This document shows, one piece after another, positions 1-10,457 of a stretch of 64,000 nucleotides of DNA. Below the pieces are notes generated by a model. That model saw only the letters and a program-made list of their open reading frames with translations. It searched no databases and was not told the origin of the DNA. Both the position numbers and the translations under genes were made by a program. Numbering within the stretch: the first letter of the stretch is position 1; every line of letters starts with the position of its first letter. The stretch is from the NCBI RefSeq assembly GCF_963853765.1, contig NC_088859.1, forward strand, positions 3,968,001-4,032,000, written 5' to 3'. The stretch is from Magallana gigas (Eukaryota).

Positions 1-119
1 TATAACCTGTGTCTTCTATATATTGTGTAATTCGTGTTCGTTGTAAATATGTAAATAAACTTGCAAATATAAACAATAGTTATCAATCAGTGCCGGTGAC
101 AGGGAGGACCCTCGTCACA
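1..119 (+). repeat. 3' end of the Gypsy 5' LTR
   Basis: Nearly identical to the reassembled 3' LTR tail; ends in ...GTCACA, followed by a PBS. Confidence 0.9.
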
Positions 120-124
120 TATTA

Positions 125-142
125 TGGTGGCAGCGGTGGGAT
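125..142 (+). promoter_or_regulatory. Primer-binding site complementary to the 3' end of tRNA-Leu (second copy at 997-1014)
   Basis: TGGTGGCAGCGGTGGGAT lies 5 nt after the LTR end and is the reverse complement of the eukaryotic tRNA-Leu(AAG/TAG) 3' end ...AUCCCACCGCUGCCACCA. Confidence 0.8.
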
Positions 143-164
143 CACTAAAGGACAAAGGAACAAA

Positions 165-855
165 ATGCCGAAGAAAAAGAGGCAAGAGCCTGTCAAAGAA
201 ATAATTGTGAATGAAGTTACACCAAAGCCGAAGTCATCTACTCTAGTTAGGCTCGTTCCTTATTACGGAAAGTTAGACGAAGATGTTGATTTTTGGATTA
301 AAGACTTTGACCGGATCACCAGCGCATATTCCTGGAGTGACGGCAGGAAGTGTGTCACAATATCGGCGTTCTTCCGAGACCAGGCAGCAGATTATTACAA
401 ATCGTTAGATGATGCTTTAAAAGATGATTATCGCTCTGTTTGTGACTCTCTCCGGGAAAGGTTCATCCCATAAAAGCTACAGTCATTGTATTACTCAAAC
501 CTCTTTGGATACAGACAAGCAGAGATCCAAACTGTTGACGACTATGTCGCAAATATAACAAAGCTAGCCACACGTGCGAACATGGACATGCCAAGACGAC
601 AAAAAGAAACTCTTACCAAAGAACATTTCATTCAAGGGTTAAGACCTGAAATAAAAGGGTTTGTTCTACTTTCAAACCCAAAGACTTTGGAGGAAGCTTT
701 TCGTCATGCAAAAAGGGAGGAATGTAACAATTCTCATGTGGACAACTCGAGGACAAGAGTGGCACCTATGTCACGCGAACCCAAGAGAACAGAGGAGCTG
801 GAGAAATCCATCGCGGACCTCTCAGCCCAAGTATCAGTGATGGCTACCGAGATAG
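165..855 (+). pseudogene. Gypsy gag, first copy (in-frame TAA at 471-473, truncated at about 855)
   Basis: ATG at 165. ORF pieces 9-473 and 486-872 are in one frame and look like a retrotransposon gag (YYGKLDEDVDFWIKDFD, EHFIQGLRPEIK). Confidence 0.8.
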
Positions 856-1527
856 TGAGGACGCATTTGTGATATAACCTGTGTTTTCTTTATATTGTGT
901 AATTCGTGTTCGTTGTAAATATGTAAATAAACTTGCAAATATAAACAATAGTTATCAATCAGTGCCCGTGACAGGGAGGACCCCCGTCACATATTATGGT
1001 GGCAGCGGTGGGATCACTAAAGGACAAAGGAACAAAATGCCGAAGAAAAAGAGGCAAGAGCCTGTCAAAGAAATAATTGTGAATGAAGTTACACCAAAGC
1101 CGAAGTCATCTACTCTAGTTAGGCTCGTTCCTTATTACGGAAAGTTAGACGAAGATGTTGATTTTTGGATTAAAGACTTTGACCGGACCACCAGCGCAAA
1201 TTCGACAACTCGAGGACAAGAGTGGCATCTATGTCATGCGAACCCAAGAGAACAGAGGAGCTGGAGAAATCCATCGCGGACCTCTCAGCCCAAGTATCAG
1301 TGATGGCTACCGAGATAGGGCGCATTTCTTCCCATCAACAATATGCCTCAAATACCCGGGGACAGAACTTCCGAGGATCCTGGCGAGGAAAAGGCCGTGG
1401 ACTGCAGCCCAGGTCTGACCGGAACCTTAGGACAACGGATGGAAGGCCAATCTGCAACAACTGTCAGCGGGTAGGACATATCGCAGTTCGATGTACGGAG
1501 CAAAGAACCACTAATTCGGGAAATTAA
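855..1527 (+). pseudogene. Duplicated LTR tail + PBS + gag, second copy with internal deletion; carries the CCHC knuckle
   Basis: 855-1197 repeats the LTR tail, PBS and gag start. The segment equivalent to 327-740 is missing and replaced by AATTC. CNNCQRVGHIAVRC knuckle lies before the TAA at 1525-1527. Confidence 0.85.
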
Positions 1528-4500
1528 AGCCCGCCCCTTTGTCTGGAGGTAAAGGGTTAGCGGAATTTAAACATCCCCCAAAAGAGAGCCGGTAACGAGT
1601 AGTGAAAGGATTCGATTCCTCTGGGAATAGTGAAAATAATATAATTGTGAAATATGTATGTGAAAATATTGTATCATGTCAGTTGAATCCTAAATTTTGT
1701 ACCGCCAAAATTTTAGGAGATGTGAATGATAAAAGTGCTTCAATGCTGATCGACACAGGATCCAGTGTCACAATTGTGAGTGAAGAATTCGCAGACCGGG
1801 GTACCATGGCGCCGGCTGGAGGAGTGAGCATTACATCGGCTACGGGCAACCGATTCGATATAATTGGAAAATGTGACTTTCGAATTAGAATTGGCGAAAA
1901 GACTGACATTGTTTACAATGCATTTGTTGCTAGGAATTTCCTATATAACTGTATTTTAGGACTACATATTCTTAAAGATTGTGCATGTTACATTGATTTT
2001 GCAAATGATTCTTTGTATATAATGGTGAAGGCGTCTCGTTCAGTCCTGATGCGAATCTAATTTGTAAGAGTTTGGAAGGTGCTTGTCAGGGTGAAAGTTT
2101 AAACGGGATTAAAATCAGTGAGTGTGTGAAGTCTGGCGAGAAAGATGTTACAGTTAACGATCTCTATGTAACAGAAAATTTAGATCAAACAGAGCGTGAG
2201 TCAATTATGAAGGTGTTAAATAAGTTCCGAAAAGTTTTTGCATTTAATGACAACGAATTAGGCAGGACCAATTTAGTTGACCATTCGATAGATACGGGGG
2301 ACAGCAAACCCATCCACTTGCGGCCGTACAGAATTTCCCCGTCCAGCGAAAATTACTGGAGTCTCAGATAGAAACAATGTGTGCTAACGGAATCGTACGA
2401 CCGTCCAAGAGCCCGTATTCAGCTCCAATCGTCCTAGTGACGAAGAAAGATGGCAAAGTTCGCATGTGCATCGACTTTCGTAAACTAAATGAGGTCACCA
2501 AAAAGGATGTATACCCTCTTCCCAGGATAGACGATATGTTAGATGCGCTTAATAATTCTAAGTACTTCAGTGTCTTAGATTTGTGTCAATGATACCACCA
2601 AGTTCCAATCAAGGAGAGCGACCAAAAAAGACTGCGTTTTTCCTTTTTCGGAGGGCATTACGAATATAATTAAATGCCATTCGGACTGTGCAACAGTGCT
2701 CCTACTTTCCAGAGACTTATGGACTCTGTGCTCTCAGGGTTACTGTGGAACACGTGCCTTGTGTACATAGACGATGTAATTGTTTTCTCTGAAACCATCA
2801 GTAACCACGTCAAAAGACTCGAGGAAGTGCTAAAGAGATTTGAGGACTCGGGGTTAAAGCTTAAAGCCCAGAAATGCTCATTCGGGAAAACCGAAGTTGC
2901 GTTCCTTGGACATAAGATCTCAGCAACGGGAGTATCGCCGGACACGGACAAGGTAAAATCAATTCACAACTTTCCCGAGCCTTCAAATGTTAGTGAACTC
3001 AGAAGCTTCCATGGGCTTATTTCTTACTACCGGAAGTTTGTAAAAGACTTTGCTAGTAAGGCTGTGCCCTTAAACAAACCTTTAAGAAAAGGAGTTGAAT
3101 TAATATGGGATAGTAACTGTGAAAGTGCATTCAAAACATTCAAGGAGGCCTTGACCATCTATCCTATACTAGGTTACCCAGATTTCTCGCTTCCGTTTGT
3201 TCAGTACACTGATGCGTGCGACACCGGTATTGGTGCAGTGCTAGCGCAAGATGATGGCCCCGATGGCGAGAGAACTATAGCCTACGCAAGTAAGAGTTTA
3301 AAACCAAACGAGCAGAATTATGCAGTAATCGAAAAGGAGGCGCTTGCGATTGTGTGGAGAGTGAAATATTTTAGACACTATCTATTTGGTCGTAAATTCA
3401 CTGTGATTACTTACTACAATCCATTACGGTGGCTTATGGACATCAAGAATCCCGCTGGTCGTCTCGCACGCTGGTCATTAACTCTTCAAGAGTATGACAT
3501 AACCATTAACACCGTCCAGGGAAATCTCATCAAAACGCAGATGCTTTATCTCGAATTCCTGCAGAACCTTTAGTGGCGACCACCTGTGCTAAAGCTGAAA
3601 CAGATATCATACCAAAGAGGTCGTACCAGGACATTCGCGACCGTCAGAAAAACGACCCTTCTCTTGCAGCTATCATCCAATACTTAAAGCTAGGGGAATT
3701 ACCTGAACTGTCTTCGAAAGCTCGTGAAACTGTTATCTTATCTGGTGAATATAAACTCAGACATGAGTGTCTACTGTACCATCTTTGGCAGCCCGGATCT
3801 CACAGACGACGCCAAGCATTTAGACGCCAAATTGCTATTCCAAGGAGCCTCATTGATGAAGTGATGTATGCTTGTCATGACGACCTAACAGCAGGTCACC
3901 TTTCATACCAGAAAACCTATGATAAAGTTCTAGAAAGATTCTATTGGAAGGGAATGTACTCGGATATAGAATTCTGGTGTAAATCATGTGTAGATTGTGC
4001 GACCAAGAAGTCCCCAAAGAACAGGCCAAAGTTTCCACTAAACCCGCTACCAACCGTTAATGGACCATTCGACAGAATAGCTGTAGATGTCTTTGGGCCA
4101 TTTCCACAGACTTACAAGTCAAATAAGTATATTATTGTGTTTAGTGACTACTTAACCCGGTGGCCCGAGGTCTTAGCAGTAAACAATGCAGACGCAGAAA
4201 CTACTGCGCGACTTTTTGTTGAGTAAATAGTGTGTCGTCACGGAGCACCTCGTGAGCTACTATCAGATAATGGTAAAAACTTCAGATCAAATCTAATGAA
4301 GGAAATCTGCAAATTGACAAGCACCAAGAAAACATTAACTACTGCTTATCACCCAGAAACCAACGACTTAGTTGAACGCTTTAACGGCACCCTATCAACG
4401 ATGTTGTCAATGTATGTGCCAGGTCATCAACGTGACTGGGACACGTTCATACTGTACATCCTGTTTGCATATAGGACCGCCATCCACGAGTCTACAAAAG

Positions 4501-4725
4501 AATCACCGTTTTACCTTAAGCACATACGAGATGCTGTTTTACCTCTTGAAGCTGCACTTTGCCCGCCGACATTCTCCTATGCCGTAGCAGACGACTATAA
4601 GGAAGAAGCCAAAGTCCGTCTTCAAGAGGCCTATACCTTAGTGAATGAAAACTTACAAAAGAACCAGCAAAAGCAGAAAGAACATTACGACGGTGTCTCT
4701 AAAGAAACACATTACACCGAAGGGG

Positions 4726-4730
<5 letters not shown>
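1521..4730 (+). pseudogene. Gypsy pol (protease, RT, RNase H, integrase), multiply disrupted
   Basis: LIDTGSSVTIV protease motif; RT motifs SPYSAPIVLV, RMCIDFRKLN, MPFGLCNSAPTFQR and YIDD; RNase H motifs TDACDTGIGAVL and EKEALAI; integrase HHCC and DDE region (IAVDVFGP, SDNGKNF, VERFNGTL). Stops or frameshifts at about 1593, 2058, 2370, 2590, 3570 and 4224. Confidence 0.93.

Positions 4731-4768
<38 letters not shown>
4730..4768. repeat. (TA)n microsatellite inside the integrase C-terminus
   Basis: About 19 TA units directly after ...EGDK. Confidence 0.95.
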
Positions 4769-4771
<3 letters not shown>

Positions 4772-4915
4772 GGCAAAAAAAAGAAGAAAGTTATAAAGTG
4801 CACGTAAATAGTATTGTATTATTGTTTGTGCTACGTGTGTGTAATGCAATTATTTTATTTAGTTATAATTAAAGTCTGTCGGCTAATTATCATAGTGTGT
4901 CGGGACGCCACACTT

Positions 4916-4928
4916 AGGAGGGGAGGTA
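4916..4928 (+). promoter_or_regulatory. Polypurine tract preceding the 3' LTR
   Basis: AGGAGGGGAGG followed by TA, then the LTR start TGTTACA at 4929. Confidence 0.75.
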
Positions 4929-5263
4929 TGTTACAGGGCCATCCCCTTGGGTTAATTGTCTTTAATAAGTGTCGGGTGGAAAATGTGGTGTGAAAGGTTT
5001 GATAAGGTTGCAGGTGCGCGACGCAGGTGTTGTAGCCCTGTTTCCTAAGGTATCATTTCAGCTCGTTAGAGAGAGAGCGAACATTAGTCCATAATTTCTG
5101 AGTTAATATCTGTAGTTGTCATTTGTTTATTGTGCATGATAAAGTTCTGAGAGATAAAAGTGAGCAGTTGAGTTATGGGTGAGTCTGAGGGGGTGAGAAA
5201 TAATTGGTAGGGCCTTACCAAGGGAACGCGTGGGAGACAGGGGAGAATGAGTTTGGATGTTAA

Positions 5264-5757
5264 AGGGGCATGGTCACGATTTTGGTCAAAAATTATTTTT
5301 TCGATTTTAATGTTAACAATGCTTCCATAGGGCATTTTTAATAGGCAACCAAAATTTGAGTGTCATTTGATGAGTCATAAGCGAGTTACAGAGCTTACAA
5401 TTCTTCGCTATGTAAACAAAGCGTTTGTTTACATTTGGAATGTTAAAGTGAAAATTCTTGTTTAAGACCTAAAATAAATGTGTTAATCGTTAGGAACTGT
5501 TTATTTATGTTTAAAATGAATAATAAGATAGACAAACCAGCTTTAAAAAAGATTTTTTACTGGTATATTGAACCTATGTAAACAAAAACAGGGCACGAGC
5601 CGTGTTTACATGACGAAGAATTGTAAGCCCTGTATCTTGCTTAAAACTCAACGACTGGCACCCACATTTCATTTGATCATTAGAAATGCATTCCGAAAGC
5701 ATTGCAAATAATAAAAACAGAAAAATAGAATTTGACCAAAATCGTGACCATGTCCCT
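5264..5757. mobile_element. Non-autonomous TIR element with TTAA target duplication (Kolobok-like MITE), copy 1
   Basis: TTAA at 5260-5263 and 5758-5761. TIRs AGGGGCATGGTCACGATTTTGGTCAAA / TTTGACCAAAATCGTGACCATGTCCCT. 494 bp with no ORF; a second copy sits at 26270-26761. Superfamily inferred from TTAA plus purine-starting TIRs. Confidence 0.85.
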
Positions 5758-5854
5758 TTAAAGAGTGAGGACTCATTTGTGATATAACCTGTGTTTCCTA
5801 TATATTGTGTAATTCGTGTTCGTTGTAAATATGTAAATAAACTTGCAAATATAA

Positions 5855-6019
5855 TTGTATTTTCCCGCGTTTCGGTAGTAATAGCGGGAAAATGTTGTAT
5901 TTACGGTGCATTATTATGGAAGGGTCCATTAGTAGCCAATAGAATTGGAGAGTAGAACAGGTTTTAGACAGGTGTTATTCAGGTATTCACTTCTAGCCCC
6001 CGCGCGTCAGGAGTTAGAC
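5855..6019 (+). repeat. Split direct repeat A1
   Basis: Near-identical to 9848-10017. Confidence 0.92.
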
Positions 6020-6022
6020 GCA

Positions 6023-8698
6023 ATGGACGCCGAGAACGTGCAAAGACAGATAAACGAAACCGTGCGTTTTGCAAATAATGAAATGCTCAGCAATATATCA
6101 GAACTTTTAGATAATAGACTGGCAGACATGCAACGCAACATAAGTGAAAACCAGAAAGCTACTGCTGAAAAACAAGAAGCGCGCATGGAACAAGTTATTT
6201 CAGAAGGATATAAATTCAAAAAACGTGGAAATGAAGAACAACACAAGCATAACGTCAAAGTCTTTGCAAAAATGCAAGAAGCAAATGAAAACCTGAAGGA
6301 GAATAAAGTTCAAAGTGCCCAAAGGAATATTGCAGAAGGTTTGGACATTATAAAGAATAGACAAAAGTTAATTAAGTTAGCAGATTCCTCTGAGGCCGGA
6401 TGGAGGGCGGTGGACGAATACACAAAAAATCCAATTGCTTCGGACTCCGAGGACGAAAAGAAAATAAGCAAAGCGCAGACAAGGGCTGAAAGAAAAGTCA
6501 AAGAGGCTAAAGCGAAGAAAAGGAAGGACTTCCGAGATTCAGCAAGGCCGTACCAGAAGCCTTCGTGGTCGCAGACATCAGCTGACAATACAACTTGGAA
6601 GTCGGGGCATTGTTATCGATGTAACAAGAGGGGCCACTGGAGGAAGGATTGTACGGAGAAACTAAATGGAGACAAGATAAGTACAATTGTTACTGAAGTA
6701 AATCATTTGATAAGTCAGATCAATAATGAAAAACCTATTGGCAATACAAACAAAAGTCAGTCATGCATTAAAAATATTTCACCTGTTGGTCGTTTAAGGG
6801 AAAATTTAGGTCACTGGCGTTCGATTGGAACAAACGGGTATGTGTTAGACGTGATAGAAAACGGATATAAAATGCCATTGTTTACAACACCTGAGCCTAT
6901 TGAGTTAAAAAATAACAGGTCTGCATTGATGAATCAAAGGGTTGTAACTCAAGAAATAGAAAAACTGTTAAACAAAGGTTGTATAGAAGAGGTAAAAGAT
7001 AAGCCAAGGGTGGTGAATCCCTTAACGGTGGCTGACGGAAAAGCAAAACAGAGGTTGGTATTAGACGCTAGACATGTCAATCCTCATTTGTTTAGATACA
7101 AGCACAAGTATGAAAATGCAGAAGTGTCAAAAAATGTATTTGAAGCAGGTGATTTTATTTTTTCATTTGATTTGAAAAGTGCGTATCACCACATTATGAT
7201 GCATGAGTTAGACAAGGAGTATTTAGGTTTCAAATGGAATAACAAATATTATGTGTTTAAAGTTTTACCATTTGGTATTAGTACTGCTGGTTACATTTTT
7301 TCAAAGTTAATGAGAGAAATTGTAAAGTTCTGGAGGACAAAGGGCTATAAAATTGTCCTGTATCTAGATGATGGCATTGGAGGTGCTTCAACATTCCAAG
7401 AAGCAAAGGTGGTAAGTTCCGAAATTCAGGGAGATTTAGATAAGCTTGGTTTTTTGATAGCGGAGGACAAAAGTCACTGGGATCCAGTACTGGAGTTAGT
7501 CTGGTTAGGGTTGGTCTGGAATACAAAAATCAATAAAATTATGGTCACAGCAACAAGGGTAAATAGGCTTAAAATTTGTATTTCGAATGTTTTCGAAAGT
7601 TATGAAGCAGGTCTTATCTGGTTTGATGTTAGAAATATTGCATCTGTTGTTGGACAAATAATCTCAATGCAAACAGTGTTCGGTAGTGTAGTTAGACTAA
7701 GGACACGATATTTGTATTATTGTATTATGAATCGCTCCAGTTGGAATTCTAGCATAGTGTTGTCTGAAAAAGCTATGAATGAACTCAAATATTGGTTTAC
7801 ATCTCTGGATGGAATAAATGAATCTGGTGCTACATTAAGTCAGTTGACAAAAGAGGATGTTAGCTCTATTGTTGTTTATTGCGATGCCTCAGACACAGGG
7901 TTTGGTGGTCATTTGACTATGGGTTCAGATTTTGAACAAACTGAGTCGGAATGTTATGAAGTATGGAATGAATGGGAGAATAAACAAAGCTCTACTTGGA
8001 GAGAGCTTGAGACGGTAAAGAGAATTTTAACAAAATCAGTTGATATTGTTGAAGGCAAGTCAGTTGAAGTGTATTCGGATAATAAGAATGTACAGCACAT
8101 TCTGAAGGTGGGTAGCAAAAAGAGAAAGCTACAGGACATTGCAATGTCAGTGCATACTTTTTGTGACGAACAAAAAATAAAGGTAAAATGTAAATGGGTA
8201 CCTAGAGAAGAAAATGTAAAGGCAGACTGTTTGAGTAGAATGTCGGATTGTGACGACTGGTCAGTTAAACAGTGTGTGCTTGAGTATTTTGACAATATCT
8301 GGGGGCCACATACATGCGATAGATTCGCAGATCTAAATAACAGCAAGTGTAAAAGTTTTAATTCTAAGCACTGGTGTAGAGGATCGAGTGCTATTGATGC
8401 ATTTTCACAGGTATGGACAGATCATTTAAATTGGGTTGTACCCCCGCCAATGTTGATTCCTAAGGTGGTAAGAAAAATTGAAAAAGAAAAATGCAATTGC
8501 ACCTTGGTAATTCCAGAGTGGAAGTCAGCTCCTTTTTGGGCGATGTTAATTGATATGAAGGGAAATTTTAATACATATGTAAAAACACACTCCAAGATGC
8601 ATAATGTACATGCAATTTGTAGAGGAATGGGAAACAATGGAATATTTGGGAAAAGGAATTTAGCATTTAACATGATTTTTTTGAAAATAGAGTTTTGA
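6023..8698 (+). CDS. Gag(CCHC)-reverse transcriptase-RNase H-Dam-like methyltransferase polyprotein of the YR retrotransposon
   Basis: Uninterrupted frame (track ORF 5945-8698; first ATG 6023, just after repeat A1). Motifs: CYRCNKRGHWRKDC; RT (FDLKSAYHH, LPFGISTAG, YLDD); RNase H (CDASDTGFGG, WRELETV, SDN); DIRS-type MTase region (DRFA...DAF..W...W..PP). Confidence 0.9.
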   Translation: MDAENVQRQINETVRFANNEMLSNISELLDNRLADMQRNISENQKATAEKQEARMEQVISEGYKFKKRGNEEQHKHNVKVFAKMQEANENLKENKVQSAQRNIAEGLDIIKNRQKLIKLADSSEAGWRAVDEYTKNPIASDSEDEKKISKAQTRAERKVKEAKAKKRKDFRDSARPYQKPSWSQTSADNTTWKSGHCYRCNKRGHWRKDCTEKLNGDKISTIVTEVNHLISQINNEKPIGNTNKSQSCIKNISPVGRLRENLGHWRSIGTNGYVLDVIENGYKMPLFTTPEPIELKNNRSALMNQRVVTQEIEKLLNKGCIEEVKDKPRVVNPLTVADGKAKQRLVLDARHVNPHLFRYKHKYENAEVSKNVFEAGDFIFSFDLKSAYHHIMMHELDKEYLGFKWNNKYYVFKVLPFGISTAGYIFSKLMREIVKFWRTKGYKIVLYLDDGIGGASTFQEAKVVSSEIQGDLDKLGFLIAEDKSHWDPVLELVWLGLVWNTKINKIMVTATRVNRLKICISNVFESYEAGLIWFDVRNIASVVGQIISMQTVFGSVVRLRTRYLYYCIMNRSSWNSSIVLSEKAMNELKYWFTSLDGINESGATLSQLTKEDVSSIVVYCDASDTGFGGHLTMGSDFEQTESECYEVWNEWENKQSSTWRELETVKRILTKSVDIVEGKSVEVYSDNKNVQHILKVGSKKRKLQDIAMSVHTFCDEQKIKVKCKWVPREENVKADCLSRMSDCDDWSVKQCVLEYFDNIWGPHTCDRFADLNNSKCKSFNSKHWCRGSSAIDAFSQVWTDHLNWVVPPPMLIPKVVRKIEKEKCNCTLVIPEWKSAPFWAMLIDMKGNFNTYVKTHSKMHNVHAICRGMGNNGIFGKRNLAFNMIFLKIEF

Positions 8699-8741
8699 TA
8701 TTGGAAATATATTTACAGGAATAGGACTTCAGGACAGAATT

Positions 8742-9734
8742 ATGAAGACTGCAGAAAAACATGGCGTTGAACCTGGAAGTTATTTATCAGAATTATGTCC
8801 TTCTCTTAGTGACTGGATTCTTTCAAGTAAAAGTGATAATACCAACCGATCTTATTTCAACGCTTATAGAAGATGGGAGGTTTTCATTGAAGCGCAAGGA
8901 CACAGTGCATTACCGGCAAGTCCAATACACGTGGCTCTATACTTGACGCATCTGCTCCAGACCGGATCATCTCAACATCCAGTGAATAATGCTGTTTATG
9001 CGATTAAGTGGGCTCATGAATGTGCGGGTTTTACGGATCCAACAAAAAATTCTTACGTTACTTCTCTACAGGAGGCAGCGAAGCGTAAAGCTAGTCGGGC
9101 TATCAATTAAAAAGAGCCGATTTCCAAGGATGTTCTGATTGAATTGTGTGATAAATATATTGATGATAGTGACTTATTGATTGTTAGAAATTTGACAATG
9201 ATTTTATTTTGTTTTGCGGGTTTTCTCAGATTTGATGAAGTAAGTTCTTTAAAATTTAAAGATATTCATGTGTATGACGAATATATTGTGTTGAACATTC
9301 AAAAATCAAAAACTGACCAATACAGGCAGGGAAATGAGGTGTTTATCGCAAATGGTGTAACCTCTGCGTGTCCAGTAAAGATGTACTTAAGATATTTAGA
9401 TTTATTAGGTACTATTGAAGACAAAGATTTTTTCTTATTTAGACCAATTTTTAGGTCAAAAAATGTATGCAAATTAATATACAAGAACAAAAAGCTTAGT
9501 TAAACTTCAGCTTGGAGCAATCTTTTGTCTATGTTAAAATCAGTTGCAGGAGAGCATGTAAACATAGGAATTCATTCTCTTAGGTCAGGTGGGGCAACTG
9601 TGGCAGCGAGTTCAAACGTTGATGAAAGATGCTTGAAAAGACATGACAGGTGGAAGACTGATTCGGCCAAAGATGGCTATATAGTAGATTCCATAGATAA
9701 ACGTTTGTTGGTATCGAAATCGTTGAATTTGTGA
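8742..9734 (+). pseudogene. Tyrosine recombinase of the YR retrotransposon, two in-frame stops
   Basis: Track ORFs 8742-9110, 9144-9503 and 9525-9734 share one frame, separated by TAA at 9108 and 9501. Catalytic motifs GFLRFDE, SKTDQY, HSLRSGG, HDRWK...GY. Confidence 0.9.
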
Positions 9735-9779
9735 CATAATGGTACAGTTGTATTCACCCCCATCTTTGTTTTTTTCTAG

Positions 9780-10017
9780 ACCACGGCTGGCTGTCAGGCA
9801 TTTTGATGTTTGTGTTTGTTTTTTAATGTAAGTAGTAAAGTTAATACTTGTATTTTCCCGCGTTTCGGTAGTAATAGCGGGAAAATGTTGTATATACGGA
9901 ACGGTGCATTATTATGGAAGGGTCCATTAGTAGCCAATAGAATTGGAGAGTAGAACAGGTTTTAGACAGGTGTTATTCAGGTATTCACTTCTAGCCGCCG
10001 CGCGTCAGGAGTTAGAC
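9780..10017 (+). repeat. Internal B1-A2 junction of the split direct repeats
   Basis: B1 9780-9847 equals B2 10366-10433 (68 bp). A2 9848-10017 matches A1. The junction ...TTAATAC|TTGTATT... joins the element's right end to its left end. Confidence 0.92.
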
Positions 10018-10365
10018 AAAATTTAATAAAAAATTTATTACTAAGTATCTTTATGTAAAATATATACCATATATGTTGTGAGGTCTGTTCACAACCTCCC
10101 TGCATCCAGCGGCACCTGGCAACAGACACAGGTTTTCTAGAGTTTTTATACTGCGATTTTTATCGTTTTATCTCTAGTTTTTTTCCTGGCCGGCCCTGAT
10201 GCATTGTGTAAAGGGAGATATTTTTTATGACTCTGATATTTATTTTTGATGTATAACGGTATACTAGCAGTTTTCATATATTTATATATGCTAGTTCATC
10301 ATGATGTTTTTCTGCAAGTTTGTCTATATAGATAGCAATATTTAATAAATCAAAGGCGTCCAGCA

Positions 10366-10433
10366 ACCACGGCTGGCTGTCAGGCATTTTGATGTTTGTG
10401 TTTGTTTTTTAATGTAAGTAGTAAAGTTAATAC
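10366..10433 (+). repeat. Split direct repeat B2 (right terminus)
   Basis: Identical to 9780-9847; the Gypsy LTR resumes at 10434. Confidence 0.92.
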
Positions 10434-10457
10434 ACAATAGTTATCAATCAGTGCCGG

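Larger units (their letters stand above)
5855..10433 (+). mobile_element. Tyrosine-recombinase (DIRS-order) retrotransposon with split direct repeats, PAT-like
   Basis: Layout A1(5855-6019), ORFs, B1(9780-9847), A2(9848-10017), spacer, B2(10366-10433). Gag-RT-RH-MTase ORF plus YR ORF. Inserted without TSD into LTR sequence AAATATAA^ACAATAG. Confidence 0.92.

Noticed and set aside
125-142. tRNA gene
   Set aside because: Only the 18-nt complement of a tRNA 3' end, with no cloverleaf; it is a PBS.
4645-4872. Track ORF containing YIYIYI (and similar SLSLSL ORF at 32581-32781)
   Set aside because: Products of microsatellites.
6007-8673. Antisense ORFs within the YR element, and other antisense track ORFs over CFAP95, arrestin and SARA exons
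   Set aside because: Shadows of the real coding strand with no independent motifs.
8742-9734. Phage or bacterial integrase plus Dam methylase suggesting a prophage or contamination
   Set aside because: Both sit in a retroelement with RT/RNase H and split direct repeats, nested in a Gypsy LTR. This is normal for DIRS-order elements.
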